In this document: positions 26,231-39,122 of the stretch, piece by piece
How positions within the stretch are numbered: position 1 is the stretch's first letter
Layout: every line of letters starts with the position of its first letter
Source: Octopus vulgaris
Taxonomy: Eukaryota
Assembly (NCBI GenBank): GCA_951406725.2
Contig: OX597818.1
Span: forward strand, 20,026,001-20,090,000
Length of the DNA stretch: 64,000 bases
Direction of reading: 5' to 3'
The notes under the pieces: model-generated
Database searches by the model: none
Told to the model about the DNA's origin: nothing
Seen by the model: the letters and a program-made list of their open reading frames with translations, nothing else
Translations under genes and position numbers: made by a program

Positions 26231-29200
26231 TAATATATAAACATAAAATCAAAAGATGGAGTCCAAGGGAGAGCAATGTAAAAAAAATATAAAGGATCTG
26301 ATGAAACCATTGGTGATCTACATTGACAATTAACAGATCGGTGGAATTTACAAAATGGAATATGCATAATGTTTTGGGCAGTTCCTTTGTCAAAATATTT
26401 TCTCACACATATTTATTTTACTTTGGAGAACTGTTCTGCCAATAATGTTAAATTCCAAATTAAATTTAGATGGTTAGGTATTATTATCAACAACCAACTT
26501 TTAAACTTAGTTATCAGACACATTCCAAGTTTTGGGGGTATTTTTTTGAAACACAGTATGTGTGTGCATGTGTGTACTTATGTATAAATATATAAGCATT
26601 TATGCATGTATACACATACACATTACAAAAAATAATATACATGTGCACATACATATGTCTATACAAAGCTATATAAATACATATACACAAATGCATACAA
26701 AGCAAATTATATAGATACATAAATCAGACATATATATATATATATGAAATATATATACATACATATATAAAGCACATATCAATAGAGGTATATATGTATA
26801 AAGCACATATGAAGTTGCTGTGGTACAAATGAATTCAGAGAAAAGTTAGTGCTGTTATTACTTGTTACAGTATCCATGAAGAAGATGAGAATATGCTAGA
26901 AAAGAAAAAAAGAGGAAGAAACTAATTCTAAGAAGGTCCTCTATGGAAGTCATCCCAACAGAAGCAGTGCTGGTTCAATACTTACCACATTTACACGGCG
27001 CTACAACAGAAATTGATTTTTTAAATATTATATTAACTGACTTGTAGCAATAGACTTTTACACACAGACACACACACATTCACCCCTCAAGAATTCATGG
27101 TATGTGTAAGAGTTAAGAAGCTGCAACAGTTTCAGTCTGAACATATGGGGTACTGGCCCTTGACACATTTTGTCTATTTGGAAAGATTCATAACTCTGTT
27201 TTGCCTCAGTTTGTTCAATTAACAACACATTCAACCCTGGCTTCACAGATAAACACTAAGTAGGAGAAGTAGATAGTCAAAACACTAAAAATGAGTTAGT
27301 TTACAGAGCAAACAAATTACACCTCCCTCCCATCAATATTTCATTTTGCTATTTGTAAAATGTCAGAAATAATAGGATATGATAATTTTTAAGGCTTTAG
27401 CATTTACTACTTCCTACATGTTTCTTGATACTAACATGGGTAGGATTAATTTTATGTAGAATTTTACATTTTCATACTATAAGAGAGATTTTTTTCTCTT
27501 TCCCCCTTCTTGATTTTTCCTTTTGTTATTTTTAAATCACAGATTGGAGGAGGAGGATCATCATCATCATCATCATTTAATGTCCATATTTCATGCTGGC
27601 ATAGGTTAGATGGCTCAACAGGATCCAATGGGCCCAAGGGCTGTGTCGTGCTTCAATGTCTGTTTGGCAAGATTTCTACAGCTGATGACTTTAATGTCAA
27701 CCACTTTACAGTGTGCAACTACTAGTATCTCTTGGTTAGTAAACTTAACCCATTGATCAGCTTAACACAACCATCTGACAACTATGTCTTTAACAGAGCA
27801 CATTGTGTAGTAAGCCTGTGGGCTAGGTTACTGGTCTGAGGGATCCTGCAAGATGTATGGATGCTCCTTTGCTTTCTCTAACAAAGCCATGATTTTTTTT
27901 TTTTTATTTAGTAGATATAGTGTGTTCTTTTAATGGTTGCAGTCACTGGACTATTGCCATGCTGAAGTACCAGCTTCAAAGATACAGTCAAGTATACCAA
28001 CACCAAACTTAATGAACTGTTAATTATTTTAGCAACCTTGGAAGGATGAAAAGCAAAAGGCAACTTGAGTGGGAATTCAGGGCTTGAAACATAAAGGAAC
28101 ATAACCAAATATTACAAGCTGTTTTTAATTACATATTTCTACATGTTTACTCTATTAGAAATAGCAAAAAAAATCACACTTTACTGCCTTACAAAAGGAA
28201 GGACAAATTGAGTAATATAGTCCTAAATATAAAAAAAAAAAAAGACAGAAGGTTCATGGCTGGAAAGCCTTTGATCATAGATCTGCTATATCAGAGTTGA
28301 CTTGGGGTTAAACATCATTGGGAGTTTTGTTCCTGCTCTTAGAGGGGAAACTTAACCTGTTGCCTGGTTCATGCTCCCTCTCCTCCTCTCACAAAGTTAT
28401 TCAAAAGAATTTATAACTTATGTTGTATAGCATTATTGCCATGTTTCCATGGCATTAAATAGTTAAATACAAAAAAAAAAGAAAGAAAAACTTGTTTTAT
28501 GAATTACAAGTAGCCATATCTCTAAAGTTTAGTTCCAATTTATGTAGATGAGAGAATACGACAGCCTTGGGTAGTAAAATAGGCAACTTTTCCCAGAAAA
28601 CTTGGTAGCATGTATTTCCCAGCAAGAAACAAACTGATGAGACATTTACATACATCATGCAGTTGATCTCTACAACAGAGCATAACTTTTGCTCCTTGTC
28701 ACATACAATATCTGGTCTGTTGTGCTTCCATTAGGCTGTTGTTTTTATTGGAATGATTCACCAGTATTCTATATATACATGTGCGTATGTGTGTGTATGT
28801 ATACACACACACACTATAAACCAGCAGTGTACATGTGTGTACACATACACATACCACACACACACACACACAAATATGTATTGTAAGTTAGTAATGTTTT
28901 TCCTCCCTCCATACACCAACATTTTTCAAATCTTGTTCTGACAAGTTGCTCCTGTTTTCCGTAACACTTGTCACCTTTCCCTCTTCCTCACACCAGCTCT
29001 CTCACCAATCCCTATTTGTCCATCACACCAGCTGACATTTCCTCTCTCTCACTCTCTCTCAGTGTTAAGTTGAAGAAGAGAAAGAATAACGTCTGTGACC
29101 TTTTAAAGCATTTCCAGACTAGAGCCATTTCCTAACTCTTCAAAATGCCTAGAAACTCAACAAACCACATGCAAATAAATGGAACTCCTGACTTGTGAAC

Positions 29201-29277
29201 CAGCAGTATAACATCTTGCACACTCACACCAAAATGCAGACAACCAAACCAAAATGCTAATGTGAAGAAAAACTTAC

Positions 29278-29451
29278 AGGATCTAGAGTCGTTTGGGTTT
29301 TCACCTCTGGTTGTTCCTCTTCATCTGTGGAATATTCCTCCAAGATACCATCACTAAAATGAAGAACTCGTTTGGGTGCTTTCTTCTTCGAGGCATGGTT
29401 AGCATCACCATCCAGTGGAATGCTGGTGAAATCTCTATCAGGGGTTTGAAC
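29278..29451 (-). CDS. FAM177A1: FAM177A1 coding exon 2 (VQTPDRDFTSIPLDGDANHASKKKAPKRVLHFSDGILEEYSTDEEEQPEVKTQTTLDP)
   Basis: Acceptor tttttctccag and donor gtaagt; 174 nt. PKRVLHFSDGILEEYSTDEE matches the FAM177 signature (human PRRVIHFVSGETMEEYSTDED). Confidence 0.95.
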
Positions 29452-29668
29452 CTGGAGAAAAATAGAAATATTTATTTTGTGAAGAAAGACAATTGATTTT
29501 TCTCCACTACCCTCACCCCACCAAGCATAAATGATATGTCATTAATAACACAATGTTAACCTCATCGGTTTTCTTAGAGTTTTAGACAATAACTGAGTTA
29601 CTAGTGCCGCAGCACACATTGAGTATAGTATAGTTTGCATGAAGCATTTATATATAGTTTCATATGTA

Positions 29669-29701
<33 letters not shown>

Positions 29702-29889
29702 GTAATTATTATTACTACTACTACTATAATTTTAGCAGAAGCAACAGAATGACTCAAGGTTCAAGAGATTTGTGCATTGACACTTATCACATGCCAATGC
29801 ACAAAATTCTCGGACACTGAGTCACTCTGTTGCTTCTTCAAAATAATACTCATATTTTGAGTTCTATTTTTCCTGTTTACATCACAATA

Positions 29890-29935
<46 letters not shown>

Positions 29936-30841
29936 TTTAATTTTTTTTTATAAAAGCCAAAACAATCCAACTTATAAAATTAATACAGATCAATGATCTT
30001 TACTTGGTATTTCCATATTTCAGAATTAGGGAAATCTTTGGGAAATCTTTGGTTGACTTTGGCTGTCTTTGAGGACAGAAAACTCAATTAACAACACCTT
30101 TACTCTCAACATTACCAGAAGAAGAGGTCCAAATCCTGAAATATTGATATACCAGGTAAAACCATCAACCTGTATTAATTTTATAACTTGCATTGTTTTG
30201 GTACTTTAAAAGAAAAATTAAACACATACACACACATCATTATCCTCATCATCATCTAATGTTTCTTTTTCCATGCTCAAATGGATTGAACAGTTCAACA
30301 TGAACTAACAAACCAGAGGGGATGCACTGAGCTCCAGCTTCTGATTTGGCATGGTTTCTACCACTGGATGTCCTTCCAAATATCAACCACTTCAGAGTGT
30401 ACTAAATGCCATTTTTTCCATGGCACCAGCACTGGTGAGGTTACCTCATATCCACAAAACAAGGCCCTTCAATTGAGTAGGGTACACAATCGAAGGCTAT
30501 GAAAGTGTAACAAAGAGATGGGAGCAGGTGTCTTGTGGAAGAAGAAAACATGTGGTTAAACAGTTTGTTTTGTTGTTTTTCTCATGAAAAACCCTAAGGT
30601 ACTCAACATGTTCTCACAGATCATATACTTAGTATCTCAAGCTATATTCATACCATAGATTCATGTGAGTATCTAGAAAGCTGATCACAACAATTTTCAG
30701 TAAATTCAGCAACAACAGTGATAGTTGAAGATTTCTGTATGCAAATTACTACATACTAGCATGAAATATTTAGAAACTAGAGACACTAAATACACCACAT
30801 TCACAGAAACTGTGTGTGTGTGTGTGAGTGTGTGCATGCGC

Positions 30842-30956
30842 GCTGATCAGAGAGTGACCATTGGTTTTGCATCTATAACGCGCTTAGCTGTACAGATTTG
30901 TGTCTGCTAAGTCACCTATACAGCTAAGCGAAACCAATGGTCATTCTCTGATCAGC
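30842..30956. repeat. Long imperfect palindrome (MITE remnant or hairpin)
   Basis: gctgatcagagagtgaccattggttt pairs with aaaccaatggtcattctctgatcagc; inner cgcttagctgta pairs with tacagctaagcg. Confidence 0.85.
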
Positions 30957-31034
30957 CATAACAATCAACTTTCTAAAAAAATATACTACTGCTCAAATGT
31001 TTTAAAATGTGCTTCTGTTTTGGATATATGAACT

Positions 31035-31422
31035 GCCGTGTGATAAGAATTTTACTTCTCAACCATGTGGTTCTAGGTTCAGTCTCAATGTGGCACCTTG
31101 TGCAAGTGTCTTCAATTATAGTTTGGTCAACTATAGATCGGGCTGACCAAAGCCTTGTGAGTGGATTTCATAGTCAGAAACCGAAAGAGGCCTGTTGTAT
31201 ATAAGTATGTATATATCTACGTCTGTGTATGTCCCACACCACTGCTTCACAGCTGGTGGTGATGTGTTTACACCTCCATAACTCAGCGGTTCAACAAAAG
31301 AGATAATTAGAATAAGCTTCAAAAAAATAAATCCTAGGGTCAATTTGTTTGATTAAAATCCTTCAAGGTGGTGCCCCAACAAGGCTGCAGTCAAGTGACT
31401 GAAACAAGTAAAAGATAAAAGA
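31035..31422 (+). mobile_element. Family A SINE
   Basis: Head, body and tail similarity to the 23778 copy. Confidence 0.8.
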
Positions 31423-32670
31423 ACAGACACACACACACACATTCAGAGAAACAATATATATAAATATATATAACCAAGGCCATCACTCACAAACATATAT
31501 GACTTGGCAACATGTACTACACTCTTGTTAATTATTTTAAGAGTGGTTAAGAACAAAGATAGACACCCACTCTTAACCCAAGAAGATATCAAGATTGTGG
31601 TAACTGGAAAGAGAGAGGGCAGCACCTGTTTTAAAAAAAGTGACTGAACAAGTATTACTTTGCAAGCTGTGTGTTCAGTTATTTTGTAATGAAGGCTTAC
31701 TGAATGTTTAACAATTAATCTTCTGCTGTCTCTATAGCAACACAGTAAGCTGCATACATAATATTCCAATCATGACTGTAATCCCACTGGCAACCAGTGA
31801 CACGTAGCAAAGTTCCATGTTGGTCAAAATTATGAATCACACACATATCTACTTGAAACATGACAGCAGACTTCACTTACACAACTTTGCTCTGATTTAC
31901 TGTAAAATTTACCACTCCTGACTAGTACAACATCACTGTTATGTTCTGGGAGAGCTCTATTTCTACAATCACTAACTAAAAAACAAAACAAAAAAACCCT
32001 CTAACTTCTAATAACTATACAACTGTTAACTTGAGGCCCTCATTTTTATCATTGCTACTACAATTAACTTTAAAACTATCACATCTAACGAGTAGAGTTT
32101 ATAGAAGTAGATCTCACCCCTACAATTATTAATTCTAAAAGTACTACCAATAACTAGTATTTCACTACTAGAACCCATACTTGTTGAACTATTGCCCACC
32201 CCTTACTTTTACCAACATTACTAATACTAATTCTAAAATTACTACCAACAATAATTCAAAACCTATCAACTATATGACTATTATATTGTATACTTGTTGG
32301 ATTGTGGACCAGATCTTACTTCAAATGTCACTACAAACACTAATTTTGAAATCATTATCATTCATTATTAAGACTTTAATTTAGTGGGTTATCAAAACTC
32401 TCATTTTTACAGGAGTAAATATGAAAGCTTCTATTGTGTGTTGTTTTGAAAACTGTTTGCTGCAAGCATCATAGATTGAATCAGTAAAGACCTTGTATCA
32501 ATTAAGAAAGGAGTCACTAGACTGCAGCTGTGCTGGGACACCTAAGCCATTTTGTACTTAAGTTAATTACAATATGTTGTAAGAAAGTGTAAAACTTTTC
32601 ACCACTTTGCTGCTTTTGCAAAAGTCATGTTACAGTAGAGGCAGGTCACCACCATGTTTTCTTTCTTTAA

Positions 32671-32897
32671 CCCCTTACCCGGCAGAAACGAATATATGTG
32701 TTTTGACCGAAATCGTTTCTTTCTATTTCTGGCGAGTTAAATCATCAAAAGATAGACTCGCCAAAATCGACAGCAAACGAGTTCCTTCGTCTATTATAAA
32801 CTCTTTTTTGACATATACGAGTATATGTAAAATAAAACAATTAAAAAATATGTCTGAAAAAATACATTTATTTTCAAAATAATTGTTGGGTAAGGGG
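32671..32897. mobile_element. piggyBac-type MITE (TTAA TSD)
   Basis: ttaa|ccccttaccc ... gggtaagggg|ttaa; 227 bp. Confidence 0.85.
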
Positions 32898-33663
32898 TTA
32901 ATATGCTCTACAATACTAGCTTCATGGGGATTATAAATCACAGGACTTTCCTATAGACCAAATGTGCAGTAGATCATGTTACAATAAAGTCATTAACATG
33001 TCACACTCTACACCCCTACACAGTTATTAGAATTCGACACTGATAGTATTAAGTCTATTATAAATACAGAATACATCATGCGATGTGTGTTGACCAAGAA
33101 GCATTAATTCAATTCTGTATAAATTAGCTTTGCACGAGTCACATCATTACAATAAAGTGACTCACTTGAGGATTGGATTATTATGTCATAGGTGCATCAT
33201 TTTTGTTGAAAGAATTTCATGCCATATTAAGGAATATCTCATGGTAAACAACTTATTCTAGTGTAACTATCAGTAAGAATGGTATATAGATGTGTGGTTG
33301 CAATTTACTCTACAGTAATGTGACAATCAATAAGGGCAGACTGAAAAGAAGTTGCTACGCTATCAATTTTCCACAGACTATCTTTGCAGACAGTCATAAT
33401 ACATCAGAGTATATCTACTGTAATATTGTTTTTTCCTTTCTTTCTTTTTTTTGTGTGAATAGTCATGAGTCCAATTGCAATAGAAATAAGGAACTTGCAG
33501 GTTCAATCTGAAATGTGGCATAGGCAGTAAACAATTTTCAACAATTTGCAAAATTGGAAGTCCTTTAAGTCCATACATTACGCGAGTAATATTTCTTCTA
33601 TACCATGTGAAAGTAGACTGGTTCCTCTCTGAATGTGGAATTACAAGATAATGACATACTTAG

Positions 33664-33895
33664 TGGAGGTACATGGCTTAGTGGTTAGGGTGTTGAACTC
33701 GTGATTGTAAGATTGTGGTTTTGATTCCTGGACAAGGCAATGCATTGTGTTCTTGAGCAAAATACTTCATTTCACACTGAGTAATGTTTCAAATGAGCAA
33801 TCCTGTGACAGACCAGTGTCCTATCCACTTGGAAAAACTTATATACCATGAAAACTGGGAAACTGGCCCTTATGATTTGTCACAACTCAAGAAGG
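33664..33895 (+). mobile_element. Decayed tRNA(Arg)-like SINE
   Basis: gtggaggtacatggcttagtggttagggtg...gaaactggcccttatga, similar to the 11255 copy. Confidence 0.7.
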
Positions 33896-35180
33896 TAATT
33901 TTTACTTTTAATAAAGTACTTATATAGCATTGTCACTGGTGGTAAAGTAATCACTTGGCAGAGTTGATAGAGCATCAGATAGAAAGCCTTGCAGTATTTC
34001 TACTAGCTCTCTATATCCTGAGTTCAAATCCTACCCTAGTCAACTTTGCTTTTGTTTTTTCTAAGGTTGATAAACAAAGTACTAGTCAAGTTACTGGTAG
34101 GAGGTCAACCCTTTTCTCAATCTGGGATCAGTAGTTGCTTTGTGACAAGGACATGGAGAGGGGAACCTCTCACAACACCCTTTCTTCCAAGAATGCAGAC
34201 AGATTCAAGGGGTTAACAACTTTATCTCATACGCTTCAGGGCAGGAGACCACCTAAATGACGGAAGTCATGTTCAACATGGCACCTAAGTGAAATACAGA
34301 AGTCACTAGTATTGACTAGCTCTAATTAGTGGTGGACTCTACTTTCATAAGGTAGCTATTTATAGCTAAATAGGCTGAGTTGACAAGTAGTGGTGCTCTT
34401 TATCATTGACAGTACAATGTGACTACATATAAATCAATGATCCTTGAACAAGCAGACTCTAAAATTGTTGACTCAACCAGGCTGTGACCCCAATAATACA
34501 TTAGATATTAGTCAGAACAGTAATCTAAATTTAATATTTGAAACAAACTAAGATGTAGCAATTAATCTCATAAATACATTAACTTACAATACTTTTTGTT
34601 TAAAATAAACATTTTTATATAACATTCAACAATTTCATTAAACAAAATTTCTTCATTAAAATACCATAGATCAATAAAGGCTTAAATAAATACATTTTTC
34701 TCAACATATGGTAAAATAGCAGACAAATACCATGCTATCTCCCTATTAATAGTTAATTCAAAATCATTACGAACACATGGTGTAGCTCTGTGCATAAATA
34801 GCTTTCTTCCCAACCATGTAGTCTCAGGTTAAGTCCCACTAAATAGCAAATGTTTTCTACTATATTCCCAGATCAACCAAAGCCTAATGAGTGAATTCGG
34901 TAGATGGAAACTGAAAGAAGAGTACTGTATGTGTGTGTGTGTGTGTGTGTGTGTATCTTCGTTTTGATGTCATGTGACTGTTGAAAATGAGCATCATTGT
35001 CATACAAGTGATGTTGCTTGTCCCCGGTCTTCTGTGAAAAACATGTCTGGATATGGGGAAATATTACTTTGCTTGGAAACAGATGGAAGTTAACAACAGG
35101 AAAGACAGCTGGTTGTAGAAAACCAGCCTCAACAAATTCCGTTAGAGCCATCAAACATCAGAAAAATGAAGGTGATAATA

Positions 35181-35195
35181 ATATATATATGTATA

Positions 35196-35244
<49 letters not shown>

Positions 35245-35311
35245 GTATATATATATGTATATATATGTATATATATATGTATATATATGTATATATATAT
35301 GTATATATATG

Positions 35312-35346
<35 letters not shown>

Positions 35347-35429
35347 GTATATATATGTATATATATATATATATGTATATATATGTATATATATATATAT
35401 ATGTATATATATGTATATATATATGTATA

Positions 35430-35482
<53 letters not shown>
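35181..35482. repeat. Compound (TA)n/(TATATATATG)n microsatellite, ~300 bp
   Basis: Directly visible; it is the source of the YI-repeat ORFs in the track. Confidence 0.97.
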
Positions 35483-35484
<2 letters not shown>

Positions 35485-36099
35485 CGGAGATGTACTTGCA
35501 TAGCAAGTGACTTGATCTGAGATCCTGTGCTGGAACGAAAACAATGTGCAGCGTGGAAGGTGTTTATAAGCCATTTAAGAAACACACAAAACCGTTAGAT
35601 TCACTTCAACATTTAAATTTAATTTGCCAAAATATTTTCGTCACTTTGAGACGGTGACCTGTTCACTGACAAAACTTTGTGCTATGTCGTTTGACATGAA
35701 AAGGGCCTGCCCTACCAACTTACCCTTCAACAAAAGAGTATGCATGCCACCCTATGCTGACGCTGTTTTAGAAGCAAAGTTTACCCTTACTAAATCCAAA
35801 CTCCTGTCAGCTTTCTCTAATTACACCCAAAGGCATAAACAAAAACGAACAAAAAATAAGACCCATGATCTTGACACCAAAATTAAGAAAGGCCTTAATA
35901 AATTAAAAAATCGTATAAAAAATAGAGAGATTGTATGCTTCCCGACTGACAAGAGATGCAGCACAAAGTTTTGTCAGTGAACAGGTTGCGGTCTCAAAGC
36001 AATGAAAATATTTTGACAAATTAAATTTAAATGAAGTGAATCTAATGGTTTTGTGCGTTTCTTAAATGGCTTATAAACACCTTCCACGCTGCAATTGTT
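35483..36099 (+). mobile_element. Truncated Penelope-like element: inverted pLTR arms around a short ORF fragment
   Basis: 35540-35683 is the reverse complement of 35960-36099. The spacer encodes ...DLDTKIKKGLNKLKNRIKNREIVCFPTDK, resembling the pre-RT L..LK....I.I.PADKG motif of PLEs. Flanked by (TA)n. Confidence 0.78.
35970..36020 (+). ncRNA. Hammerhead-like motif with G3-C8 core (second copy at 35623-35673 on -)
   Basis: tttgtca-GTGAACA-g-gttgc(ggtctcaaa)gcaat-GAAA-atat-TT-tgacaaa: 7-bp stem I, 5-bp stem II and palindromic stem III. Confidence 0.6.
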
Positions 36100-36517
36100 A
36101 TATACATATGCTATCTGTTGATATTGACAATGACTGCCTACACATGTGGTCTCAAATCACAGTATCAAAAGTGGATTTCTTTCCTTCATACATTTAAGTC
36201 CTGCAATGATTTTTTTTTTTAAATTCCTTTCTTTTAGTCTTTACCTGTTTTAGTCATTGGACTGCAGCCTTGCTGGAGCACTACTTTGAAGAGTTTAACA
36301 GGTCAAATCAACCCCAGTGTTTTTTTTTTTAAATCTGGTACTTACTACATACCTACATACATGCACACACGCTTGCATACTGAGAAGATCATTTTAACTT
36401 TGTTCTTAGTACAGAGTCACCTAACCCCTAGAAAATGTGCCATTGTTAAACATAAACATGCTTTTAAATAATAGCCTGATTTTAACATTTGTGTGTATGA
36501 GTGTGTGCATATGCATT

Positions 36518-38290
36518 ATCATCATCATCATCATTTAACATCCATGTTCCATGCTAGCATGGGTGGGACAGTACCACAAGAGCTGGCCAGGTCAAAGCCT
36601 GCACCAGACTTCTGTGACTGTTTTGGCAGGATTTTTACAGTTGGATGCCCTTCCTAACACCAACCACTCAGCATAGTGGACTTAATGCTTTTTATGTGGC
36701 ACAAGCACAGGTGATGACAGTTTTGGCAAGGTTTTTTCAGCTGGTTGCCCTTTTGAACACCAGCCACTTTACAGTGAGGACTGGGTGCTTTTAAGTGGCA
36801 CCTGCACTGACAGGGTCACCAAGTACTTGCAAGACAAAAAACTTTCAAGAGGGGAGGAGGGATTGAAAGAGGTGATGATGAAAACGTTATAGTGAGATAG
36901 ATACAGGTGTCTTGATGTACAGGAAGTACAAGGTTACTCAGCTGGAGAGAGAAAGATCAGGAATGAAGACAGAAACAGGTGTGCTACCACAAAGAAAATA
37001 AACAGTTGCCCAACATGAAGGAAGTGCAAGAGAGAGAGAGAGAGAGTGGAAGACCGCAGGATGGAGATGGTGGCAAAATGCCAGGCATACTCACAAGAAA
37101 CGGGGATCAGAGTATAATTGAGAATGGTTGAGTAAAGGAAGAGAGAGATATAGATAGTGGCAAGTGCTAGGGCAAACCCTTGAGGTTCAAAAGCCATAAT
37201 ATTAGTGACAGGATATTGCGAAGGGAGTGTGATTAAAGAGTGCAAATAAGTGGCGAAAGACCTAGGTATATATACATTTGGAGAGGCTACTGGATAGCAA
37301 TGATACAGAGGAACAGAGGTATGAAAACAGAATTGGGGAGTGAGAGCTAGGCATAGTGAACGAAGGAGGAAATGTGAGAAAGAGATATAGATTGGTTTGT
37401 TGGGGTAGGGAGTGAGAAAAGTTTTCTTGTTACGTGTGTGTGAAACACCCAGGTCGGGAACTAGCAGATAGTAATAATAGAGTGAAACAAAGCATGTGGA
37501 TAGAATGCACAGATCAGGGACAAGCAGAGAGCAATGATACAGTGGCAACAGGCCAAGAGAACAAAATTGGGGAGTGGGCTGTAATCATAGTACATGACGC
37601 AGAAATGTGAGGAAGAGATGTAGAGACGTAGTTTGGTTCATTGTGGTAGAGTGTATGAGAAGTTTTCTTGTTAAGTGTGGGTGGGAGACACAATGCTTCT
37701 AGAACTCAGTTTTGCTGATGTGGGCAGGTCTTTTCAAGAACTTTATATCATCAGACATCTCAGTCCATGGTCATTTCCTCCATGAGGTCCAACTTCCTGA
37801 GATCTGTCCTTACCACCTCATCCCATGTCTTCCTGGGTCTCCCTCTTCTATAGGAACCATCCACTATCAGTGATTGGCACTTCTTTATGCAGCTGTCCCC
37901 ATTCATACGCATCACTTGTCCAGACCAACATAGTCTTCTCTCTTGTATGCTATATTTGATTCCTCTTATGCCCAACTTTTCTCTCAATGCATTTACACTT
38001 TGTCGTACCGTTGTTTCTCTCCAGTCTTTGCATGTCTTCAGCATTCAGAGTCCATGTCTCAGCATTATGGAGTATAACCATTTATACACAACCATCATAT
38101 AGTCTACCATTCACTCTGAGAGCGTGCCTTTTGCTGCCAACAGAGATAGTAACTCTCTGAGCTTCCTCCACCCAATTCTTATTCTAGAAACAATACTTTC
38201 AGAGCATCCTCCACTATTGCTAATTTGGTCACCTTGGTGACAGAAACCTCAAGAGAGCCTCCTGGGCATTTGAGAGAATCTAATTCCTGT
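36518..38290 (-). mobile_element. RTE LINE 3' portion (RT C-terminus, long pyrimidine-rich 3'UTR, (gat)n tail)
   Basis: LREKLGIRGIKYSIQERRLCWSGQVMRM...RGRPRKTWDEVVRTDL, the same family as 277-772; tail at 36518-36700. Confidence 0.82.
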
Positions 38291-38339
38291 GTGCAGGAAT
38301 TAGATTCTCTCGAATCTCTACTAAAATTATTTTTCAACC

Positions 38340-38735
38340 ACGTATGGATTATTTGTCGTGTTCTTTAGCTTGGCTAAACTGTCTAGTTAAAAACAAATAA
38401 TTTAAAACTCTGTGAGCCAAAGTGAAGAGATCCAAAAATACATTTAGTAGCGATGACCCTGAAGTTGTTGCTCTTTGATTACTATTGCAAACAGCAGTAA
38501 GTTTCTTCAGCTGAATACACGTCATTGATTGGTTAAAATTACCCAAATATGACAACTTTAAAATTACCCAAATACGACAACTTAACACAAAATAACTTCT
38601 AAATTACAAAATTTTGTCAAAAATGTTGAAAGTAAACTGTGCTCAGTGTGAGAAATTACACCAGTATGTGAAGTTTCAAACTGTTTAGTTTAAAAAAATA
38701 ATAAAAAAATCTGTGAACCAAGCTGAAGAGATCCA
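38340..38735. mobile_element. Remnants of a foldback DNA element related to the 59770 element
   Basis: Two gaagagatcc termini (near 38432 and 38734); shares gattggttaaaatt and ccagtatg/cgaagttt..aa...tttagtt with 60298-60410. Confidence 0.55.
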
Positions 38736-39077
38736 AATGGCAAACTGCAAAAGTATAAACTTTCTCAGTTGATTGCATTTTATGTTCAAATAGATTATTT
38801 CTGAAAGGTCATGCTTTGAAATGACCTAGATATTTTTAATGCTGAGTGTCATAACAATAAATCATTGTCCAAAAAGTTTCAAATTTAGTATGAAATGTTC
38901 AGAGTTACTAGCTCTTTTCTGCAGACTGAAATAGCTTAGCTAATAAACTGATTGACTTGCTGACTGCTAACTACTGTACTTGATAATGTAAGAAATGGTT
39001 AACTGTAAAAAGAAACTGAAGATCAGACCAGCTGTTGATAACTGACGTATGTATATAAACTATAAATCTGTAAGCAG

Positions 39078-39122
<45 letters not shown>

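Noticed and set aside
35018-35585. Long YI/IY-rich ORFs on both strands
   Set aside because: They are translations of the compound (TA)n microsatellite, which lacks stop codons.
36934-37548. 204-aa hydrophobic ORF
   Set aside because: It comes from the pyrimidine-rich strand of a LINE 3'UTR, so the hydrophobicity is compositional; no motifs are present.
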